Shown: piece by piece, positions 25,919 through 32,000 of the stretch
Layout of the letters: the number at the start of each line of letters is the position of its first letter
Position numbering within the stretch: the stretch's first letter is position 1
Sequence record: MG641885.1
Origin: Salmonella phage PMBT28
Strand: one strand, 5' to 3'
Length of the DNA stretch: 32,000 nt
Notes under the pieces: generated by a model
Told to the model about the DNA's origin: nothing
The model's database searches: none
The model's input: only the letters and a program-made list of their open reading frames with translations
Position numbers and translations under genes: made by a program

Positions 25919-26769
25919 GCAAGAAAAAGCCTGTCAAGTACGAACGCCTTGAGCAATGGGTACAGGACCACGACGCACGGCTGGTACAGGCCGGGTCCTA
26001 CCCTGCGCAGGTCGTGTACGTAAAAGAGGATGACCTCAAATCCCTGTGCAAGCATTTTGGCCTACCGCGCATGGGACCGCTATCCGGGGGCCGTTGCTAT
26101 CAGCTGGCTGGCGAGGACTTCTTCGCCGTCATCATGGCCTTTAAACTAACGTCCGGTCAGCTCATCTCGGCCATCGCGCACGAGTGCTACCATGCGACCA
26201 ACTTCATTTATAAGCGCTACGGTGTGCGGCACTCCTTAGGGAACGACGAGCCCGGTGCTTATCTTATCAGCCACATGGCCTACTACGCAGCCAAATTTAT
26301 CGAGGAGCAGGGTTATGCACTCACTCACACCGGAGCTATCAGCACAGATGGAGCGGATAGCGGAGATTTACGGGCAGAGCTACCTAGTCCGCAACAAGGA
26401 CGGGTCGATGCAGGTACTGAGCCCACAGGACGTGCTGGTGGTGACGTTCCACGGGAAGAGCCCGGTGAAGCCCCAGCCCCCATCCTACCATGTGGGTGTA
26501 CTGAGCGATGCGCTGGACACGCTACTGCCCCCGAACCCGACCCAGTAGCGTGCGGCAGCACCGTCATCACCTGCGACCGCTGCGGTGAGGAGCTTGAACA
26601 GGCGACCGCGTTTCTGCACGTGTGCGCCATGCCGCTCGAAGCCGAAGCACCAGCACTTAGACTGATACAGTGCCAGCGTTGCGGGGTTGAACACCCGGCG
26701 CACCGTAAACACGTTTGCAGCAAACGTGATGTACTTAACTGGGAGAAACAAAATGAACAAGACTCTTAA
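25915..26769 (+). CDS. HExxH metallopeptidase-like domain plus C-terminal zinc-ribbon region
   Basis: ISAIAHECYHATNFIYKRYGVRH...NDEPGAYLISHMAYY; C-terminal CDRCGEELE...CQRCGVEHP. The middle third looks non-coding in this frame (see findings). Confidence 0.65.
   Translation: MSKKKPVKYERLEQWVQDHDARLVQAGSYPAQVVYVKEDDLKSLCKHFGLPRMGPLSGGRCYQLAGEDFFAVIMAFKLTSGQLISAIAHECYHATNFIYKRYGVRHSLGNDEPGAYLISHMAYYAAKFIEEQGYALTHTGAISTDGADSGDLRAELPSPQQGRVDAGTEPTGRAGGDVPREEPGEAPAPILPCGCTERCAGHATAPEPDPVACGSTVITCDRCGEELEQATAFLHVCAMPLEAEAPALRLIQCQRCGVEHPAHRKHVCSKRDVLNWEKQNEQDS
26315..26548 (+). CDS. Nested 77-aa gene in an alternative frame
   Basis: MHSLTPELSAQMERIAEIYGQSYLVRNKDGSMQVLSPQDVLVVTFHGKSPVKPQPPSYHVGVLSDALDTLLPPNPTQ; AGGAG 7 nt before the ATG; strongly G/C third codon positions. 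Confidence 0.65.
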   Translation: MHSLTPELSAQMERIAEIYGQSYLVRNKDGSMQVLSPQDVLVVTFHGKSPVKPQPPSYHVGVLSDALDTLLPPNPTQ

Positions 26770-27019
26770 TACCCAGCTGGTGCTGGAACATAAACTCGAC
26801 GCCGAAGCGGTGGACTTCATCGAGCGTCTGGTGGCCGCTGGTCATGAAATCAACCTGACTGACGGCGGACCACAGCCCATCTTTACTATCGGTGCAGGTA
26901 AGACCCCCATCAGTGGTAAGACGGTGATGGAGATAGCCAAGTGGGCCCCTAACGAGCATCTGCTGATACAGGCTTTCCGCGTGCTGTCCCGAGCCTACCC
27001 TAACGGGATGGGGAATTGA
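26753..27019 (+). CDS. Hypothetical protein
   Basis: MNKTLNTQLVLEHKLDAEAVDFIERLVAAGHEINLTDGG; the track start 26687 overlaps the preceding gene extensively. Confidence 0.7.
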   Translation: MNKTLNTQLVLEHKLDAEAVDFIERLVAAGHEINLTDGGPQPIFTIGAGKTPISGKTVMEIAKWAPNEHLLIQAFRVLSRAYPNGMGN

Positions 27020-27138
27020 TGAGCTGGGAGCTTGATATTTGGTCCTACGTCATCGGCGTGGCTGTGGGTTCGTGCTTCGTGGGCCTTGTATGGGTGCTTA
27101 ACCTTTTGTTCCCTACAGACTGCGATGAGCTACCGTAG
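27019..27138 (+). CDS. 39-aa single-pass membrane protein
   Basis: MSWELDIWSYVIGVAVGSCFVGLVWVLNLLFPTDCDELP; TGATG overlap; not in the ORF track. Confidence 0.55.
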   Translation: MSWELDIWSYVIGVAVGSCFVGLVWVLNLLFPTDCDELP

Positions 27139-27295
27139 CGCGTGAGCGGGTGGCCATGACATGGAAGTCAGCCTCCCCGGACCGAGCGCAGCCTGCTAAA
27201 CTCCGATTACGTGGGCCTTGACAGGCCATACCTATATATGCTGTACTGATACTGGGCATATCTGCCCCAACCCCGCATCTCAATGGAGAGACCAT

Positions 27296-27658
27296 ATGCA
27301 TCAACTCATGAACCTAATAGCAAGCGTGACCACCATGGAGGTGGCTTTCGGCTTCGTCCTCGCGGTCCTGCTGGCCCTCTTCCTCGTACCTATGTACATC
27401 CTGCATTGTACGGGGCGCAACCTGCTGGCAAACAACGTTGGCCGGGTCGCACACCGGGAATGGATGTTCGGGTCCACGGTCATCATCTACAGCCGCTGGC
27501 CGATATCCAAGGGCTGGAAGGGATGCAGTGCCCGTAAGAAAACCTCCCGTTCATGTATGTTAACCATGGGGACCGTACAGATTGAACTTATCAGGCTGTG
27601 CCGCTCACAGGCCCCTATCTACCGAGCCACCTATAAACAGGCTAAAAAGCACGCTTGA
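27296..27658 (+). CDS. Membrane protein of unknown function
   Basis: MHQLMNLIASVTTMEVAFGFVLAVLLALFLVPMYILHCTG; aatggagagacc RBS. Confidence 0.6.
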   Translation: MHQLMNLIASVTTMEVAFGFVLAVLLALFLVPMYILHCTGRNLLANNVGRVAHREWMFGSTVIIYSRWPISKGWKGCSARKKTSRSCMLTMGTVQIELIRLCRSQAPIYRATYKQAKKHA

Positions 27659-27683
27659 CCCGGTTGGGCCCACGTGCTATACT
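27655..27683 (+). promoter_or_regulatory. Sigma70-like promoter TTGACC-17-TATACT
   Basis: 17-bp spacer; upstream of the 27716 ORF. Confidence 0.6.
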
Positions 27684-27715
27684 GGGCCCTCCTACTGAGA
27701 TAAGAGATAAACAAC

Positions 27716-28051
27716 ATGAAAGACATCATCGTACGTCGCCGCCGTGGTAAGTGGGGTGCACATTGGCGCAGAGCCGATGGCGTAGGTCTGGGTCGCTATG
27801 GCGACACAGCTGAGCTGGCACTAATCCACCTGATTGCTGCCGAGGGTCCGGGCAACAGCAGCATAGAGGACGGGGTGGTGCCCCTGTTCCGTGACTGGCT
27901 GCGTGGGCATGGCCTGACCCATATCCGGCTTTTGCTTCTCGCTGCTAAAGGCGATGGCTGGGACGGTCAGAGGAATCTGGAGGCCGTCCGGGTATATCGG
28001 AAATGGCGAAGGGAGCAAACGAGCGGTACTTCCCTTGCCATCGGAGAATAG
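27716..28051 (+). CDS. Hypothetical protein
   Basis: 111-aa ORF with promoter and RBS upstream. Confidence 0.65.
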   Translation: MKDIIVRRRRGKWGAHWRRADGVGLGRYGDTAELALIHLIAAEGPGNSSIEDGVVPLFRDWLRGHGLTHIRLLLLAAKGDGWDGQRNLEAVRVYRKWRREQTSGTSLAIGE

Positions 28052-28055
28052 TCAA

Positions 28056-28114
28056 GCTACGTATGTAGCGGGTCGGTATCAGAAATCAACGGAGAGGCTC
28101 CCGTTTGCTAAAGA
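28056..28114. repeat. Composite repeat element, copy 2
   Basis: gctacgtatgtagc - 19 nt - acggagaggctcccgtttgctaaaga; 26-nt exact match with 6198-6223. Confidence 0.8.
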
Positions 28115-28128
28115 TGGGAGGGCATAAG

Positions 28129-28410
28129 ATGAACATAACACGTTTTGCAGTACACGTCATCGTAGACAACACCCTGTGGGCCTCGGTATCTGGCCCGGAG
28201 CATATAGTAGGCCAGTTTGCGGATAGCATCGCCGAGCTTGTCACTGGGTTTGATGGCAGCACCGTCATCAAGGAAACGCTGACCACGCAGATAGTAGCCA
28301 CTATGCATAACGCCGTCCGTCAGAGCGACACCAGAAAGGTAGTCATCCCGGTCGGGTTCAAGATGGAAGTCCTTATAACGCCGATGTGTTCGGTCATGGG
28401 AGGGGTATAA
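28129..28410 (+). CDS. Hypothetical protein
   Basis: MNITRFAVHVIVDNTLWASVSGPEHIVGQFADSIAEL. Confidence 0.6.
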   Translation: MNITRFAVHVIVDNTLWASVSGPEHIVGQFADSIAELVTGFDGSTVIKETLTTQIVATMHNAVRQSDTRKVVIPVGFKMEVLITPMCSVMGGV

Positions 28411-28649
28411 TGAAGGTTGAAATCACGATAGTATGGCCTGACGGCTTCAAGTCGGCGGTCGTGGACGAGCACACCAACGTGCACGCCAAGGCTCTGGCAC
28501 AGCTACGCCGGGCGGGGTCGCAGTTCCCCATCACGCTGTCACATGAGCTGCGCGATTTGGTATACGGGCCCGAGGGGGCCATCCATGGTGGGGTCCACAC
28601 GTACACGGGCCTGACCAAGCACCAGTTCATCGCGAAGAGGGTAGACTAA
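28410..28649 (+). CDS. Hypothetical protein
   Basis: TAATG overlap; MKVEITIVWPDGFKSAVVDEHTNVHAKALAQLRR. Confidence 0.6.
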   Translation: MKVEITIVWPDGFKSAVVDEHTNVHAKALAQLRRAGSQFPITLSHELRDLVYGPEGAIHGGVHTYTGLTKHQFIAKRVD

Positions 28650-28975
28650 TGACGCCTATGTATAAAGTAGTCCTGCTGGCTGGCCCGGCACTCATCGCCT
28701 CGTACACGGCTCACCCGCTGCGCATCAAGGACCCGCGTGGTCCTATCATGCAAGCACTGGAGCTAGACCTCATGGACCTGCTCAACCTACCCGACCCGGC
28801 GTGCATCCCACCCGTCATCCACCGCGACATGGTGGATGTCATCGGCAAGGCGATTGATGGCTGTCAGGAGTCGACACGTGTGCCGCCGTGTATCGGCCTG
28901 ACCCACTGCGCCAGCAGACACCCAATGTACAAGGGTGGCGTGACACAGATATTCCTAAGGGTGGTCCGCTGCTAA
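28649..28975 (+). CDS. Hypothetical protein
   Basis: TAATG overlap; MTPMYKVVLLAGPALIASYTAHPLRIKD. Confidence 0.55.
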   Translation: MTPMYKVVLLAGPALIASYTAHPLRIKDPRGPIMQALELDLMDLLNLPDPACIPPVIHRDMVDVIGKAIDGCQESTRVPPCIGLTHCASRHPMYKGGVTQIFLRVVRC

Positions 28976-29078
28976 AGGCTGCTTGACGTGAGCCACACGG
29001 ATGTGGTATCACGCGTGCGTGCGCGCTTTTCACGTGTGTATGAGCGATACTGTCGCCCGTCGACACCCACAGAGTCGA

Positions 29079-29343
29079 TGGAACGGTGGAACGATGGAAC
29101 GCTATATAGCACAAATTGCCACACGAGGAGGACGAGTCCCCGGAGGACGGTGCTTCCGGCTCCCACGTGTGAAAAGAGAGGCGTTCCATTGACCGTTCCA
29201 TCAGTGCTAGGTTGGGGTGGAACGTTCGCCCCAACTACGCACGAGACCCCAGTGCCGCACAATCCCCTCTTTAGATATCCGGGAACGGTCCCAGCGTTCC
29301 ACGTTCCATCTCCGGGAGTGTCTGTTCCATCCTCTGTTCCATT
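29079..29343. repeat. Iteron-like region 2: TGGAACGN x3 in tandem plus several inverted copies
   Basis: 29079-29102 three tandem 8-mers; CGTTCCA at 29182, 29194, 29295 and 29302; TGGAACG at 29218; degenerate TGTTCCA at 29323 and 29335. Confidence 0.75.
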
Positions 29344-29367
29344 GCCCGTGGTACGTGCAAAAGATAC

Positions 29368-29396
29368 TTGACAGCCGCCCCAACTTATGGTATAAT
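29368..29396 (+). promoter_or_regulatory. Consensus sigma70 promoter TTGACA-17-TATAAT with leader hairpin GGTGGC-AAAG-GCCACC (29406-29421)
   Basis: Perfect hexamers and 17-bp spacer. Confidence 0.85.
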
Positions 29397-29444
29397 AAAG
29401 TCTCTGGTGGCAAAGGCCACCGGGCAACAGCGGAGATTAGAGAT

Positions 29445-29735
29445 ATGAAAGGCATCTATCAGGTAGTGGGCAGTGACGGCGTGGTACTTACAGCAATCGC
29501 AGCCGAGACCGAAGAGCAAGCGCGTGCAGCAATGGCCGAGTTCGAAGCCGCAGACCTGCTCTACGTGAACGACACCACGCTGGACCACGGCGAACTGTAC
29601 GAGCTGGGCAACGACGAAGTGGGTTCCCTCATCATCATCGCAGTGGCTGACGAAGCCGAAGCACGTGCCACGGCTGACGGCATGGGTGAGCTGTTCGAGG
29701 AGCACTACGACATCCGCCACGTGGCGACCTTCTAA
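29445..29735 (+). CDS. Hypothetical acidic protein
   Basis: MKGIYQVVGSDGVVLTAIAAETEEQARAAMAEFEAADLL; ATG 29445 after the promoter/RBS. Confidence 0.75.
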   Translation: MKGIYQVVGSDGVVLTAIAAETEEQARAAMAEFEAADLLYVNDTTLDHGELYELGNDEVGSLIIIAVADEAEARATADGMGELFEEHYDIRHVATF

Positions 29736-29742
29736 CCTGACC

Positions 29743-29758
29743 GGGGCCTACGGGCCCC
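29743..29758 (+). terminator. Stem-loop GGGGCC-TACG-GGCCCC (UNCG tetraloop)
   Basis: Identical to the hairpin at 21118-21133. Confidence 0.5.
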
Positions 29759-30472
29759 ATGCTGGAGTATCCCATGGACCTGAACAAAGTAAAAGACCGC
29801 ATCGCCAAGCTGCTGGCTATGGCCGACAACAACGGCAACGAGCACGAAGCCGCCCAAGCCGCCGCCCGTGCACGCAAGCTCATGGACCAGTACCAACTGG
29901 ACCGCATGGACGTGGAACAGGCCGCCGCTGACTTCGGCTATGAGTATGCTGGTGAGTCCTACGCATTTATGCCACGGTGGAAGTCATGGCTTGCGACCGC
30001 CGTGGCCAAGTTCAACGATTGCCAGTGCCGCCTCGTGCAGGCCCCGAGCGATGGGGCACGCCCACGCTACCGTATCCGCTGGGAGGGCTACGCAGAAGAC
30101 GTGACCCTATGTTTGGCGATGTGCGACTATTTCACTACCGTCATCGAGAACGCGACGTCTAAAGACCAGCTGGCTCGCGGGTATACCCGATATAACGCAC
30201 GGGTCGGGACCATCTTCAAGGAATACATGGTGTCCACTCTGGCCGAGCGTCTGCGTGAACTGATGGCCCAGCGCGAGACCGAGACCCCCGTGGCATCAAC
30301 CGGGACCGGGCTGGCGGTATACAAGGCTAATCAGGTGGCGGCCCAGTTCGGCACGGTCAACTACCAGCAGCAGACGGCCAAGGCCCCGGACAAGATGACG
30401 GACGAGGAGAAGCACGCCGCCCGGATGGGCATCCATGAGGGTAAAGCCGTCCATATCAACGCGCTGGGCTAA
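29759..30472 (+). CDS. DUF2786-like protein
   Basis: VKDRIAKLLAMADNNGNEHEAAQAAARARKLMDQYQLDRMDVEQA is typical of DUF2786 N-termini; start 29759 or 29774. Confidence 0.7.
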   Translation: MLEYPMDLNKVKDRIAKLLAMADNNGNEHEAAQAAARARKLMDQYQLDRMDVEQAAADFGYEYAGESYAFMPRWKSWLATAVAKFNDCQCRLVQAPSDGARPRYRIRWEGYAEDVTLCLAMCDYFTTVIENATSKDQLARGYTRYNARVGTIFKEYMVSTLAERLRELMAQRETETPVASTGTGLAVYKANQVAAQFGTVNYQQQTAKAPDKMTDEEKHAARMGIHEGKAVHINALG

Positions 30473-30477
30473 ATATA

Positions 30478-30506
30478 TTGACACGGGCCCCAACCTATGG
30501 TATAAT
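30478..30506 (+). promoter_or_regulatory. Consensus sigma70 promoter TTGACA-17-TATAAT
   Basis: Perfect hexamers, spacer cgggccccaacctatgg. Confidence 0.85.
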
Positions 30507-30551
30507 AAAATCTCTGGGGCAACGGGGCCCTCACCCAGCGGAGATACAGAG

Positions 30552-30722
30552 ATGACCAAGTTCGAATTCTACGGCAAGACCATCGCGACATACGACGCGG
30601 AAACACGCGAAATCAACGTGGCTGGGCACGGGTGGTTATGCGACGCGGACAGCGTAGAAGAAGCACGCGCCATCGTCAAACGCTACATGAAAACCCGCCT
30701 CCACTCTGGCGTGGCATACTAA
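30552..30722 (+). CDS. Hypothetical protein, 56 aa
   Basis: MTKFEFYGKTIATYDAETREINVAGHGWLCDADSVEEARAIVKRYMKTRLHSGVAY after the promoter and GGAGATACAGAG RBS. Confidence 0.65.
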   Translation: MTKFEFYGKTIATYDAETREINVAGHGWLCDADSVEEARAIVKRYMKTRLHSGVAY

Positions 30723-30733
30723 GGAGATTAGAG

Positions 30734-31138
30734 ATGAAACTGACCTACATCGGCATGAACAACGGCAGCATCACCGAAGCACACCGCCTGATTGAGGCCC
30801 TGCGCGACACCCGCGACCAACTCGAAGACTGCTACGCCACGTGCAACACCTGTGGCCGTCTGTCCAGACTCAAGGCCGACGAGCGCAATCTGATGGCCTC
30901 CCTTGAGATGGTCATGCGCGGCGATGCGGTCCACGCGACCGCCCTCCCACAGGACGGGCAGCACTCCTACCACTGGCACAAGGCTATGCGCCCGTACCGC
31001 GCAGCGTACGTGGCCCAGTGCCAGAGCACCCGCCCGGCAGCCGACCCGGACGACGAACAGGCCGAGGCCGAGCAGCATCAGGCGTGGCTCATCGAGGCAG
31101 GTCAGGATTATGCCATCTTCGGCGGGGTGCGGATGTGA
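30734..31138 (+). CDS. Hypothetical protein
   Basis: MKLTYIGMNNGSITEAHRLIEALRDTRDQLEDCYATCNTCGRL; aaggagattagag RBS. Confidence 0.65.
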   Translation: MKLTYIGMNNGSITEAHRLIEALRDTRDQLEDCYATCNTCGRLSRLKADERNLMASLEMVMRGDAVHATALPQDGQHSYHWHKAMRPYRAAYVAQCQSTRPAADPDDEQAEAEQHQAWLIEAGQDYAIFGGVRM

Positions 31139-31284
31139 AGACGTCACCGACAGGGCGCATCATCGACGAGCGCCAGCCCATCAGGGCCGCACTGGAGCAG
31201 CAAGCGGATTTGAGAAAGAGGGAGGAGAAGCTCGACCGCGAAGCCGTCGCCCGGTGGCTCGCGTCCTTCCGGACCCGCCGATAA
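31135..31284 (+). CDS. Small basic hypothetical protein, GTG start
   Basis: GTGA overlap; VKTSPTGRIIDERQPIRAALEQQADLRKREEKLDREAVARWLASFRTRR. Confidence 0.5.
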   Translation: MKTSPTGRIIDERQPIRAALEQQADLRKREEKLDREAVARWLASFRTRR

Positions 31285-31289
31285 AAAAT

Positions 31290-31318
31290 CGCCCCATCTC
31301 CAAGACCGGAGTGGGGCG
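31290..31318. terminator. Strong stem-loop at the end of the early gene block, possibly bidirectional
   Basis: CGCCCCAtCTCCaagaccGGAGTGGGGCG; the upstream side carries AAAAAAT, a T-tract for the minus strand. Confidence 0.6.
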
Positions 31319-31482
31319 TCTTCTGAAAGCTGGAGGTTGTCCGACGAGCCGCCTGAGGTGGACCCCGCCCCCCGAAGGGTTTGGGGTCCGTGCAGAGCAA
31401 CCCGCCATTGTATTTGACCACATCTCCCTTGCTCCTGCAAGCTCCTCGTGCTTAAATGTTTAGACTAAAGAGGAGCAACCCC

Positions 31483-32000
31483 ATGGCCAAACCACCAAAG
31501 ACTATTGACCTCGATTCGCCGAAGCAAGAAGCCGCGAATCCGGGCAAGGGCATCGGGCTAGTCGGTAAGGAGTCGATACGATTCAACCCGCTGGCCGTCC
31601 AGTTCGACATCGAAGACCACGAAGTAGAGTTCGTGGACGCGCTGTATGCGGACCCGTACAAGAACGCCACCGCCGCATGGATGCTGCTACACCCGGCGTG
31701 CGACTCCTATCTTTCAGCCAAGGTGAAAGCCTCGGAGATGCTCAAAAAGCCGAACGTGCAGAAATATGCCGAGTACGTGGCCACCGAGCGCACAAAGCCT
31801 AAGATGGTATCACGCGAGTTCGTGATGCTGCGACTGCGACACGTGGCCGAGCGTGCCATGGCCGCCACTCCTGTATTTGATAAAGATGGTCAGCCCACGG
31901 GCGAGTATAAGGCCGACTTCGGTGCCGCAAACAAGGCACTTGAACTGCTGGGCAAACAGCTGGGGATGTTCAAGGAGCAGACCGAGCTTAAGATAAAAGG
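31483..32000 (+). CDS. Terminase small subunit-like protein, truncated by the window end
   Basis: aggag RBS then MAKPPKTIDLDSPKQEAANPGKG...LRLRHVAERAMAATPVFDKDGQPTGEYKADFGAANKALELLGKQLGMFKEQTELKI; no stop in the window, so absent from the ORF track. Confidence 0.65.
   Translation, partial: MAKPPKTIDLDSPKQEAANPGKGIGLVGKESIRFNPLAVQFDIEDHEVEFVDALYADPYKNATAAWMLLHPACDSYLSAKVKASEMLKKPNVQKYAEYVATERTKPKMVSREFVMLRLRHVAERAMAATPVFDKDGQPTGEYKADFGAANKALELLGKQLGMFKEQTELKIK

Noticed and set aside
27139-27295. Possible tRNA or consensus promoter in the gap before the 27296 gene
   Set aside because: No cloverleaf or T-loop signature. TTGACA at 27218 pairs only with a weak TGTACT at 18 bp, so not listed as a feature.
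29121-29180. Possible hammerhead-like ribozyme suggested by ggacgagtcc...gaaa
   Set aside because: No CUGAUGA core and no compatible three-stem arrangement could be drawn.
28988-29371. 127-aa + strand ORF in the repeat-rich gap
   Set aside because: Composition is dominated by the TGGAACG repeats and Ser/Pro/Arg/Thr text; no RBS; better explained as a regulatory or origin-like region.
1-32000. CRISPR array, integrase, transposase, tRNA or lysis cassette
   Set aside because: None seen: no regular repeat-spacer unit, no recombinase or endolysin/holin motifs recognized in the supported genes.

Overview
The window is a contiguous stretch of a lytic, siphovirus-like phage genome. All supported genes are on the + strand. 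It runs from tail/tip genes (1-6111), through a replication and nucleotide-metabolism module (6564-19058), into a dense block of small early/accessory genes (19028-31284), and ends in a terminase small subunit-like gene cut by the window edge (31483-32000). The central system is a 2-aminoadenine (Z) genome-modification cassette. It contains a PurZ-type adenylosuccinate synthetase homologue with the catalytic GDEGKG motif changed to GSTGKG (16071-17174), a MazZ-type (dATP/dGTP pyrophosphohydrolase plus MazG-like) protein (17187-18059), an HD-domain DatZ-type dATP hydrolase (18056-18640), and an upstream family A polymerase with an intact proofreading domain (DpoZ candidate, 13729-15606). The pathway is already described. 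Less expected signals are: (1) a 113-aa OB-like protein ending in NEPPMDFDDDIPF, which matches the E. coli SSB C-terminal tip as I recall it; (2) an out-of-frame, GC3-supported zinc-ribbon reading frame inside the mazZ-like ORF, ending next to an A-AAA-AAA slippery run that would shift it back into the MazG frame; (3) a second nested gene with a strong RBS inside a HExxH metallopeptidase-like ORF; (4) two far-apart intergenic regions built from the same TGGAACGN tandem/inverted repeats, and a separate 59-bp composite element present twice; (5) a family of near-consensus sigma70 promoters with a conserved spacer and 5' stem-loops; (6) a non-canonical motif B in the polymerase. All homology calls come from reading motifs; no database search was run.
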